Shown here piece after piece: positions 22,958-33,539 of a DNA stretch of 64,000 bases. The position numbers and the translations under genes were made by a program. The DNA is from Octopus sinensis (lineage: Eukaryota), in contig NW_021833252.1 in assembly GCF_006345805.1 (NCBI RefSeq), positions 1-64,000 of the forward strand. The letters run 5' to 3'. The notes beneath the pieces were generated by a model, which was not told where the DNA came from, ran no database searches, and worked only from the letters and a program-made list of their open reading frames with translations. How positions within the stretch are numbered: the stretch's first letter is position 1; each line of letters starts with the position of its first letter.

Positions 22958-23009
22958 TGTATTTATTTTTGTTATGTACGCCAAATGAGTAGTGCCCGGC
23001 AAAAATGAG

Positions 23010-23180
23010 TGGTACCTGTATTTCAAAGGTCCAGCCTTGTCGCATTGTGTCACACTGAATCGTTAAGGGTACACGTGTCTGTGGAGTGCTCAGCCACTTG
23101 CACGTTAGCTTCATGATTAGGCCGTTCCGTTGATTTGATCAACTGGAGCGCTCGTCGTCGCAACCGACGGAGTGCCAGCT
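23010..23180 (+). mobile_element. Isolated 3' body of SINE family C (type seen at 5213)
   Basis: Homologous to the repeated segment and 3' end of 5213-7116. Confidence 0.75.
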
Positions 23181-23283
23181 ATGTACACACGACGTAAATC
23201 AATTCATTCGACTGACAAGTTTAGATGAGCAGATACAATAGGTCTTCAAGAAACTATTAGACTATTGCCAAGAGGTGTACGCT

Positions 23284-24248
23284 GGCGGCGAGCTGGCAGA
23301 AACGTTAGCACGCCGGGCGAAATGCTTAGCGGTATTTCGTCTGCGTTACGTTGTGAGTTCAAATTCCGCCGAGGTCGACTTTGCCTTTCATCCTTTCGGG
23401 GTCGATTAAATAAGTACCAGTTACGCACTGGGGTCGATGTAATCGACTTAACCCCTCTGTCTGTCCTTGTTTGTCCCCTCTATGTTTAGCCCCTTGTGGG
23501 TAATAAAGAAATATGTATTTCGTCTGTCTTTGCGTTCTGAGTTCAAATTCCGCCAAGGTCGACTTTGCCTTTCATCCTTTCGGGGTCGATTAAATAAGTA
23601 CCAGTTACGCACTGGGGTCGATGTAATCGACTTAACCCCTCTGTCTGTCCTTGTTTGTCCCCTCTATGTTTAGCCCCTTGTGGGTAATAAAGAAATAGGT
23701 ATTTCGTCTGTCTTTACGTTCTGAGTTCGAATTCCGCCGAGGTCGACTTTACCTTTCATCCTTTCAGAGTCGATTAAATAAGTACCAGTTACGCACTGGG
23801 GTCAATGTAGTCGACCTAATCCCTTTGTCTGTCCTTGTTTGTCCCCTCTATGTTTAGCCCCTTGTGGGTAGTAAAGAAACAGGTATTTCGTCTGCTGTTA
23901 CGTTCTGAGTTCGAATTCTGCAGAGCTCGACTTTGCCTTTCATCCTTTCGGGGTCGATTAAATAAGTACCAGTTACGCACTGGGGTCGATGTAATCGACT
24001 TAATCCCTTTGTCTGTCCTTGTTTGTCCCCTCTATGTTTAGCCCCTTGTGGGTAGTAAAGAAACAGGTATTTCGTCTGCTGTTACGATCTGAGTTCGAAT
24101 TCTGCAGAGCTCGACTTTGCCTTTCATCCTTTCGGGGTCGATTAAATAAGTACCATTTACGCACTGGGGTCGATGTAATCGACTTAATCCCTTTGTCTGT
24201 TCTTGTTTGTCCCCTCTATGTTTATCCCCTAGTGGGCAATAAAGAAAT
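23284..24248 (+). mobile_element. SINE family B with five tandem 184-bp units
   Basis: One head, five body-plus-tail units. Perfect 14-bp TSD AAGAGGTGTACGCT at 23270-23283 and 24249-24262. Confidence 0.9.
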
Positions 24249-24299
24249 AAGAGGTGTACGCTTCCTTTTTAGATTTCGATATGAGCATATAATGGCGTA

Positions 24300-24520
24300 C
24301 AGCGGGTTATGCTGTCATGGGTTTTTAATGAGTTCGGGATTGTCGTGAAGTCCCTATACAAATGCCCAGATGTTTGTGTTCAGATAAATGGTGATCAGTC
24401 GAAACCTTTCAAAACGTGGGTGTTGGACTTTGGCAGAGATGTGGTATTGTCACCTTTCCTTTCCGTAATTATTATAAACTGGATTGACATGTGTAACCGT
24501 TTGCGATGTTCCTCTACCCT
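24300..24520 (+). pseudogene. Degraded RTE-clade reverse transcriptase fragment
   Basis: VKSLYKCPDVCVQINGDQSKPF...VLSPFL resembles the SLY...VRI.G..S..F....GLRQGC.LSP.LF region of RTE-clade RTs. Confidence 0.55.
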
Positions 24521-24644
24521 TATTTTGAGGGGTGCGGCATGTTTCGCCTTTGTATAACCTACCACAGCTGCATGGGATGGAGTACCCGCAGTCCTTGGTC
24601 ATATTCTCTTCTATTGGTGGTTTCACTCGAAGGAGATATTTTAC

Positions 24645-25037
24645 TTTCTTTTACTTGTTTCAGTCATTTGACTGCGGCCATGCTGGAGCACCGCCTTTTT
24701 TAATCGAGCAACTCGACCCCGGGACTTATTCTTTGTAAGCCCAGTACTTATTCTATCGGGCTCTTTTGCCGAACCGCTAAGTAACGGGGACATAAATACA
24801 CCAGCATCGGTTGTCAAGCAATGCTAGGGGGACAAACACAGACACACAAACACACACACACATACATATATATGACAGGTTTCTTTCAGTTTCCGTCTAC
24901 CAAATTCACTCACAAGGCATTAGTCGGCCCGGTGCTTTAGTAGAAGACACTTGCCCAAGATGCCACGCAGTGGGACTGAACCCGGAACCATGTAGTTGGT
25001 TAGCAAGCTACTTACCACACAGCCACTCCTGCGCCTA
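24645..25037 (-). mobile_element. SINE family A, full length, inside the RTE remnant
   Basis: Complete head to tail. Confidence 0.9.
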
Positions 25038-25164
25038 AGGTATTTTTTCACATAGGGTAGACAGACTTTGCTCCTTTGAAGAAAGTCTTTCTGGAGCCCT
25101 CTGCTTGTAAGTGGAAAACCATTGAGACGAATAGGGAAATGTAAGTACCTGTGGGTGGGGTGGG

Positions 25165-25735
25165 GTGGGGCATATTGTCGAGTGATGGGAAGGAGGAGGC
25201 TGAACTGCATGCTAGAATTGCAGTTGATGCCACAGTAATGAGCCAGGTCAAGCGTTCGATCTTCAGAAGAGGAGAGGCTAGTAAAAATGTCAAACTCTTA
25301 AATTTGGTTTCCGTGTCAATCCTTACTTATGGTTATGAATATTGAACAGTAACCGATAAAGTGCAATTGTGAATGCCAGCAGCCGAAATGAGGTCCTTCC
25401 TAGGAGCCTCTGTAATGTCCATTGCTCGACAGCGTGTGCAGCTCAGAGGCCAGGAGTCTCTTCAGGCCGAGCCGCTACTTCTCCTAAATGAGAGGTCACA
25501 TCTCTGGTCAGAATTTTACTGGAAAGAATCGTAAGACAGATTCTTGAAGCCAAGCCAACTGGTAGGAGACCTAGGGGTAAACCAAGGACGAGAGGATTTG
25601 GTAGTATCCTTTGTCTCAGTTGGTCGTTCTTAGGCATCTAGCCAGGAAGCATAATAAGCAGTTGCTTCTGACAGGACCCTATGAAGGAGGTGCTTGAGGA
25701 CTCACCCCCAACAACACACAGAACTTGGAATAGAC
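25165..25735 (+). pseudogene. RTE-clade (Expander/Rex3-like) LINE 3' remnant
   Basis: ILTYGYE..AAEM..EPLLL..ERS..RQILEAKPTGRRPRGKPRTR is the typical RTE C-terminus. Confidence 0.75.
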
Positions 25736-25747
25736 CAAGTATGAAGT

Positions 25748-26347
25748 TCCTTCCCGAGCCATCCCTGACTCATAAGGGCCGGTTTCCCGGTTTCCTTGGC
25801 GTATAGGATTCCCCACCTGGACGGAACGTCGGTCCATCGCAGGTGAGCTGCAAGATGCAGGAGGAAAGAGTGAGAGAAAGTCGTGGTGAAAGAGTCAGCA
25901 GAAGTTCACCATTACCTTCTGCCGGAGCCGCATGGAGCTTGTGTGTTTCGCTCGTAAACACACACATCGTCTGGTCTGAGATTCGAACCCGCGATCCCTC
26001 GACCGCGCGTCCGCTGCTCTAACCACTAGGCCATGTGCCTCCACAAAAATGTTCCTTCTCGAGCCATGCCTGGCTCATAAGGCCGGTTTCCCGGTTTCTT
26101 TGGCGTATAGGTTCCCCACCTGGACGGGACGCCGGTCCGTCACAGGTGAGCTGCAAGATGCAGGAGGAAAGAGTGAGAGAAAGTTCTGGCGAAAGAATCA
26201 GCAGAAGTTTCGCAATTACCTTCTGCCGGAGCCGCATAGAGCTTAGGTGTTTCGCTCATAAACACACACATCGCCCGGTCTGAGATAGGAACCCGCGATC
26301 CCACGACCGCGAGTCCGCTGCTCTAACCACTAGGCCATGTGCCTCCA
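25748..26347 (-). mobile_element. Head-to-tail dimer of SINE family C (V-like body variant)
   Basis: Two copies of about 295 bp bounded by one 12-bp TSD, CAAGTATGAAGT (25736-25747 and 26348-26359). Confidence 0.85.
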
Positions 26348-26559
26348 CAAGTATGAAGTAGTTAGATGATATCCATAGCCCGTGTTGGTCATGCTTGGGA
26401 ATCCAGTGAGAAAGTGTAATGGCAGTTACTTCTGGAAGGACCCTGTGGAGGAGGTGCTTTAGGACTCTATCCCTACAACAGCCATGAGACCTTGGGGTAG
26501 ACTAAAAAGTTCCTAGCTTTGAGTAAAAGAAAATAGAGGAAGATCAGTTGATTATGATT

Positions 26560-26700
26560 TTATTCAACGTATTCCCCTCTCAGACTCACACACTTATTGC
26601 AGCGGTCCTTCAGTTTTTCTATGCCCTATAAAAAAACTTGGAAGGTTGAGCCTCCAAGCAGGCCCTTCGCGATACCCTTAAGACCAGGAGCTTTTCAGCA
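26560..26700 (-). pseudogene. Mariner transposase C-terminal remnant
   Basis: The minus strand reads LEAQPSKFF-GIEKLKDRCNKCVSLRGEYVE*, the canonical mariner C-terminus. Confidence 0.65.
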
Positions 26701-26911
26701 CCGCCCTCCTGTATGTCCACCTCAACGTACGTTGGTAATTGTTCCGAACTCGTGCGACCTAACTCGAAAACCGACGTAACACGAAACCCATCTTAAAATA
26801 GATATTAGCTTATATCTGTCTTAATAAATGGTTTTATCTTTTTTATTTTTTACTTGTTTCAGTTATTTAGTTGCGGCCATAGTGGAGCACCGCCTTTTTA
26901 AAAGCCTGGTA

Positions 26912-27433
26912 CAGTAAATCCTCGAGTATAGTCCGCCCTTGAGTATAATGCGCAGGGGATTTTTAGGGGGCTATATCTCTGAAAAACCTAAACCTTGCGT
27001 ATAATACGCAACTCTTCTCTAACTTGAGTCGTGCGTAATTAAGCCATCAGCACCCAGTCGAACAAACACTTCCGCGCATGCATGATACAATAATGGTGAT
27101 GTTCTTAACTGTTATATGGGAATGTAAATATGTTTGCAAATTGTTTTTGTTACATGCTATTCTGTGTTCTGAATACTTTTATTTTAATAAATGTTGCTTA
27201 TTGCAAGTTATGGATGATTCTTTTATGACTTCATTGCTTTCAGGCTTAGCTTAAGGTATTTTTGTGCTGGACATCACAAAATGCGTCTGAATAAACATTG
27301 CCGGACAGCAAATAGAGACTCAGACATTGCTTAGAAAATAATTTTCCTTTTTAACCTCGTATATAATACGCACTAGGGGTTTTGATCTTTAAATTTTGGG
27401 AAAAAAATGCGGATTATACTCGAGGATTTACGG
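26912..27433. mobile_element. Tc1/mariner(pogo)-type MITE inserted in a SINE A copy
   Basis: TIRs CAGTAAATCCTCGAGTATAGTCCGC and GCGGATTATACTCGAGGATTTACGG with TA on both sides. Removing it restores AAGCCTGGTACTTATTCTATCGG of SINE A. Confidence 0.9.
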
Positions 27434-27619
27434 TACTTATTCTATCGGGAGCTTGTAGTCGAACCGTTAAGTTACCCAATATTTCTGATGTTGTAACCGC
27501 GTTTCTGCATTCGAAAATAGATTATCTTCTTCTTAGTATTTCACAATACACATTTCGACGCTTATAAAAAAAACAACAACAAAAAACAAATGTTTGTTTA
27601 TATTTATATACACGTAGTT

Positions 27620-27850
27620 AAGGCGGCGAGCTGGCAGAAACGTTAGCACGCCGGGCGAAATGCGTAGCCGTATTTCCTCTGCCGTTACGTTTTGAGTTCA
27701 AATTCCGTCGAGGTCGACTTTGCCTTTCATTCTTTCGGACGCGATAAATTAAGTACCAGTTTCGCACTGGGGTCGATGTAATCGACTTAATCCGTTTGTC
27801 TGTCCTTGTTTGTCCCCTCTATGTTTAGCCCCTTTTGGGTAGTAAAGAAA
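27620..27850 (+). mobile_element. SINE family B, full length
   Basis: 15-bp TSD TATATACACGTAGTT at 27605-27619 and 27851-27865. Confidence 0.92.
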
Positions 27851-27913
27851 TATATACACGTAGTTGTGCATTTAGCTTCAGGGCGTCTAAAATCGCGGAT
27901 TAATTTGTCAGCG

Positions 27914-27983
27914 CACAGTTTGACTTAATGGTAAAGCACTTGGCTGGAGTCTTAGAGATGTGGGTTCAAGTCCCATGACTGTT
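27914..27983 (+). pseudogene. Degenerate tRNA-like sequence (tRNA pseudogene or SINE head)
   Basis: Folds by eye into a cloverleaf (T arm GTGGG-TTCAAGT-CCCAT, acceptor ACAGTT/GACTGT) with mismatches in three stems and no long variable arm. Confidence 0.45.
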
Positions 27984-28092
27984 TGTTGACAAATTTTTCC
28001 GCTTTGTAAGGGTAATTTACCCAATATTCCTGCGGTTTTTCTTCGTTCGAAAATAAATTATCATCTTATTTGTATAGTACAGTACAAATTTC

Positions 28093-28405
28093 GGGAGACG
28101 CAATGGCCTTGTGGTTAGGGCAGCGGACTCGCGGTCGGAGGATCGCGGTTTCGATTTCCAGACCGGGCGCTGTGTGTGTTTATTGAGCGAAAACACCTAA
28201 AAGCTCTACGAGTCTCCTGCAGGGGGTGGTGGCGACCCCTGTTGTACTCTTTCGCCCCAAGTTCTCTCACTCTTTGTTCCTGTTTCTTGAGTAACGCTGC
28301 GATGGACTGGCGTCCCGTCCAGCCGGGGGAAACACTTACCCTACAGAAACCGGGAAATCGGGCCCATGAGCCTGGCTAGGCTTGAAAAAGGCGCATAAAA
28401 AAAAA
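28093..28405 (+). mobile_element. SINE family C, V-like body variant
   Basis: Family C head, then GCGATGGACTGGCGTCCCGTCCAG and GAAACCGGGAAA as at 25748-26347. Confidence 0.85.
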
Positions 28406-28446
28406 ATGTATATATAAATATTTATAAACAAGCAAATGTTTGATTA

Positions 28447-28830
28447 TCTCTCTCTATATAAACGGCAGTTTGTCTGTGCGTGTTTCTGTGTGTCTGTTTG
28501 CTTGTACCCTCACCCTGACCACGGCTTTCAACCGATTCTGATGAAACTTGACACACACATAGCCCAATGTCATAATTCAAAACTAACGCAGCGAAAATTT
28601 TGAAAAGTTCCCCCAGTTCTGAAAAAAATCGATAAATTCGACATGGGGTCGAGAATCAGAAACACGAACCACAAACTGTCTAGGGGACGCAACTCCACCT
28701 TTTTTAAATCTCAAAAAAAATTTACCATCATTTTTTTCCATTTTTTTGCTATTTTTTGGCTATAACTCTCTAAAAATGCTTTATAGTTATTTCCCTTACA
28801 AACCTGAGCAACGCCGGGCGATACTGCTAG
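28447..28830 (+). mobile_element. Non-autonomous Helitron (same family as 3287-3669)
   Basis: A|TC ... hairpin ... CTAG|T. Confidence 0.8.
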
Positions 28831-28932
28831 TATTATATATATGGCGGGCTTCTGTTAGTTTCCGTCTACCAAATCCACTCACAATCCGTGTGGTTAGGAA
28901 ACAAACCACACAGCCAGACCTGCTCTTTTGTG

Positions 28933-29253
28933 TTAGTTAGTTAGTTAGTTAGTTAATTTTGGGGCTCAAAAAGCAAAAAGCAAGGCCATGTAGGGGGACA
29001 TAGAGTTATGTACAGGGAGGGTGTTCATGCAAAGAGTTCAGGCCATTTCTGGTCAAGAGAGACTTTGAACCGAGCAGTCGTCGGCATCTTCACTATCCCG
29101 TCCGGCAGCTTATTCCACGTATCCGCAACCCGGACGGAGAAAGCCCCTCTCCTTCGATTGAGATGAAATCGTCGCAGATAGAGCTTTTCGGAGTGACCCC
29201 GCAGCTGACACTCTGGAGCAGGAGTGAAGAACAGCTCTTTCGAGAGGTTACAC
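28933..29253 (-). mobile_element. CR1-clade LINE 3' fragment with (CTAA)n tail
   Basis: The minus strand reads LRGHSEKLYLRRFHLNRRRGAFSVRVADTWNKLPDGIVKMPTTARFKVSLDQKW, the CR1 C-terminal signature. Confidence 0.8.
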
Positions 29254-29288
29254 TTTCTGCTTATGATGTATGTAATGTGTGTATGTAT

Positions 29289-29494
29289 GTTAAGTTAAGT
29301 TAATTTTTTGGCTCAAAAAGCAAAAAGTAAGGCCATGTAGGGGGACATAGTGTTATGTACAGGGAGGGTGTTCATGCAAAGAGTTCAGGCCATTTCTGGT
29401 CAAGAGAGACTTTGAACCGAGCGGTCGTCGGCATCTTCACTATCTCGTCCGGCAGCTTATTCCACGGATCCGCAACCCGGACGAAGAAAGCCCC
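29289..29494 (-). mobile_element. Second, shorter CR1 3' fragment
   Basis: Near-identical to 28950-29150. Confidence 0.8.
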
Positions 29495-29831
29495 GAATCT
29501 TGGGATCTATTCGTTCTCATTCGTAAAATAAACACCCCCCCCTTAATTTTGCTCAGATTGTTTTCAATTTTGATGTATCGATGCAACTCTGAATTTTGAT
29601 TATGATCAACCAATTACTTTATCTCGTAAATTAAAGAATCTGATGTTATTTGGAATTAAATTTGAGAAATTTGGGTAACTTTAGCCAATCAACAGACAGC
29701 ATGGCATTAGCGGTTTGTTACCATGACAACCACACGCTGTATTGTGGTTCACTGTTGTTTGTGTTGCTGTTGTCTATGTTGATTTTTCACTCTTAATTCT
29801 TCACACCACGAAGAATTAAGAATTAATTTTT

Positions 29832-29987
29832 GTGTGGCTGTGTGATAAGTAGCTTGCTTACCAACCGCATGGTTCTGGGTTCAGTCCCACTGCGTGGCAC
29901 CTTGGGCAGGTCTCTTCTACTATAGCCTCGAGCCGACCAAAGCCTTGTGAGTGGATTTGGTAGACGGAAACCGAAAGAAACCCGTCG

Positions 29988-30022
<35 letters not shown>

Positions 30023-30258
30023 GTGTGTGTGTATGTGTTTGTGTGTCTGTGTTTGTCCCCCCAACATCGCTTAACAACCGATGCTGGTGTGTTTACGTCC
30101 CCGTAACTTAGCGGTTCGGCAAAAGAGGCCGATAGAATTAAGTACTAGGCTTACAAAGAATAAGTCCCGGGGTCGATTTGCTCGACTAAAAAAGGCGGTG
30201 CTCCAGCGTGGCCGCAGTCAAATGACTGAAACAAGTAAAAGTGTAAAAAGAGTAAAGA
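29832..30258 (+). mobile_element. SINE family A, near full length
   Basis: Matches 8447-8850. Confidence 0.88.
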
Positions 30259-30685
30259 GTTTGTATATTACATATTTTTCTGTGCCTTTTTTTCTGTGTG
30301 TTAGTATTTTTACATATTTTTTATTTCATATATTTTTGGGACTCATTGACTCAGATAGCTGGATTTATGATTTCACTAGGTTAATTCTGTTTATAAAAAT
30401 TTAAATTAGGAGTATTACTTAAACCTTTAACCTCATATTTCAACAGCTTAACTGAAATTTAACCCACGTAACGGCAACTGAGAGGGATATCGGTGGAACA
30501 GAAACTGTGAGTACTACAGCTAATTTGACATTATTTTTGAATTCTGCATGCAAAAACATATACAATACAGGTATTCTTTTCTTTGGGACAAATTCTTTGT
30601 TGACCAGTGTTATTATTATCGTAGCAATTTTGGAGACAGACCCTAACCCTAACCCTAACCCTTCACACATACACGAATGCATAAA

Positions 30686-31111
30686 TCTTTATATATAAAA
30701 TTGAAGTTGAGTGTGTGAGACTCTGTCTCCTCCGATTTAGATTCCTAACTACTCCCACATTTTGCGGTGCAGTCTAACCAAAAGCGGGTATCTTATAGTC
30801 GTAATTCATATCCAACCCTTCTGGGTATTAGCGCGCGTCTACGATGAGTTTACGATTAAAAAAATATTTACCATCATTTTTCCGCATTTTTAATGATATT
30901 TGCTCGGGTTATATAAGGGAAGTAACTCTCTGAAAATGCTTATATATAAACTTATATATGAATACATCCATCCACATGCACTTATGTATTAATGATGTAC
31001 ACAAATACATGACAGGTATACATAATACTGAAATACGCATGACGTAAACACATGCAGACAAATATATTAATACTAGCATTATGACCCGTCTTTGCCGGGT
31101 CATAGTGCTAG
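30686..31111 (+). mobile_element. Non-autonomous Helitron, second family
   Basis: A|TCTTTATATATAAAA 5' end, hairpin ATGACCCG-TCTTTGC-CGGGTCAT, CTAG|T 3' end. Confidence 0.7.
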
Positions 31112-31499
31112 TGCATGTATATATGTGTATATATATGTGTACATATTACATGTACATCTATATATGTATACATCTACACATAAAATATAAAACATAAAGT
31201 TATATCTTGATATCGCTTGTGATAACAGTACTGAAAATATATAACATACTGGAATTGTAGGACTATTCCATTTCTGCACGCTAATTTTATTTTTAATTTA
31301 TTCCCATTCATGTGAAACCACTTATTCAAGTTCAAGTCATTGATGCAATTTTATACCAATTGCTATTTTTACTTTTTTTATGCTACGATTACATTATACT
31401 TTAGTTTGATTTTAATTATTACTTACTACATATAATTCAATTGTTATTATTATTTTTATTGTTAAAGTGAAAGTATCTGACATAAAATAGAGAAATGTT

Positions 31500-31879
31500 T
31501 TTGTTTCACTTTTAACATGTAATACTGAAATAGTGGAGAAGATATGATATTGCTATGGGCTCGCGCTAGGAAAGAAGTTGAACATTTATTTTGCCTATGA
31601 AACTACATGGACCCTAAGTAAGGCAGGTGTAAAATTTGAATGAAATTGGTTGTGTAGTTCTCAAGTTTTAGGGAATCGTAGTGGAGAAGATATGATATTG
31701 CTGTGGGCTCGCCCTAGGCAAAAAGTTGAAAAATATTTTGCCGATGATACTCCCCGGACCCTAAGTAAGGCATGTGTAAAATTTGAATGAATTTGATTGT
31801 GTAATTCTCACGTTTTAGGGAAACACACAGACAGAAAGACAGACAGACAGACACATTCTCAGTTTTATATATATAGAGA
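31500..31879 (-). mobile_element. Helitron-like element, 5' part, with two internal repeats of about 150 bp
   Basis: The minus strand begins A|TCTCTATATATATAAAACTG as in the other Helitrons. The 3' end was not located. Confidence 0.5.
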
Positions 31880-32524
31880 TAACAATTTGAAAAAAGTAAT
31901 AGAAACATAGAATCAATGAAGAGACAAAAGAAACGGTAAGATGATACGTGTTGATTTTATTGGGTATGTTCTTTTAGAAACCTACAATGAACAGGTTAAA
32001 CGATAAACTCTAAATATCACAGGACACAACCTTAAAGTTGACACTGCTCCTCTAAACGCAGAAAATTTCTGTCTCGCTATTAACTAAAAATATACAGTTT
32101 TTTAAAAATATTTTTAAACTTCTGTAACTTTTTTCTCCAACTTTTTTTCTCCACAACATCATACCTTCAACGTAATGAGACTGGAAGACCACATTATCAT
32201 AGCCGATTTTCAGATTTTTTACTGTCTTCTAAAAAAAAAAATGCATATTTTGTGAATGAGAGAATCTAGATCCGAATCTTGTTCTTATATATTTTTCACA
32301 TATATTTTAATTCACTTCTAGCTTCAGTATTCGTTTTTTAAAAAAGATTTTCATGCTTTTAAATGCGTTCGCTGAAACCCAAGTAAAGTCGGATAAAGTG
32401 GACTGAAGTTGATGTTTATTATTGCCATTAATTTCTTTAAGAATAAAAAAAAAGAAAAGAAAAAGCCACGTGAAGGCGGAAAGACGTAACTCGAAAAGAC
32501 GTAAGCTGAGGTATGCCTATAGAA

Positions 32525-32539
<15 letters not shown>

Positions 32540-32580
<41 letters not shown>

Positions 32581-32594
32581 TATGCCTATAGAAA

Positions 32595-32636
<42 letters not shown>

Positions 32637-32668
32637 CAAATTGAGATAGGGGTTGTTTTGTATATGAA

Positions 32669-32713
<45 letters not shown>

Positions 32714-32773
32714 CATCCCCATATGTATATGTGTGCATGTATGTATATATATACATATGTATATGTGTGCATG

Positions 32774-32822
<49 letters not shown>

Positions 32823-32960
32823 TATATATATATACATGTATCTGTTTATATATGAATCTGTGTATGTATATGTGTATATTTATGCATATGTATATACACA
32901 TATATGTATATAGTGTATGTATGTATGTATGTATGTATGCATGCACACATATATATATGT
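32540..32960. repeat. (TA)n/(TG)n microsatellite
   Basis: Read directly. Confidence 0.95.
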
Positions 32961-33539
32961 GTGTATTTGCGTGGCGATATAGAACTAATTGCTTTTAAGT
33001 TCTTAGAAACAACGAACAGAGGAAGTTCTTACTCCCTGAGTGAATTCTAACACACACACACACCACACACACACACACACACACACTGTCACATACATAT
33101 ATATATATATATGTTATACGAAAGCTAGATGTGACGCCTTTTATATGAAACGTGAAAGTGAATTGCCGCTAAGTCCGGCAACAGATTATCTTGGTCACGT
33201 TAAAAATCACGACCGAAGGTGGAACGTTTGCCAGCCAGCTCAAGTGGCTGCGCTGTCACATGTTTCAAACAGTCTGAGCGTCGTGTTATTTGCAAGAATT
33301 ACCTTGTACGAGATTAAATCTCTTTCGCCTTGTTCTGTTTCCAATGGCAAATCCGTTCGAAAGCAGGCGTCACTTGCTTTCACGCTTGAAGCTGATGTCA
33401 ACGGACAGATTATATCGTTCTGGTCAGTCAAATTGTTTGGTTATAAACTGTCGTTCATTTATGTGAAAATCTCAATTGCCGTGATGACGTACAGCGGTCA
33501 AAGGAAATGGTTTGAGTTCCTACGATGTATAGTTTGGGT

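Noticed and set aside
30641-30661. (CCCTAA)3, and TTAGGG-like hexamers near 41773-41792, as interstitial telomeres
   Set aside because: They are too short, and the second lies inside a MITE.
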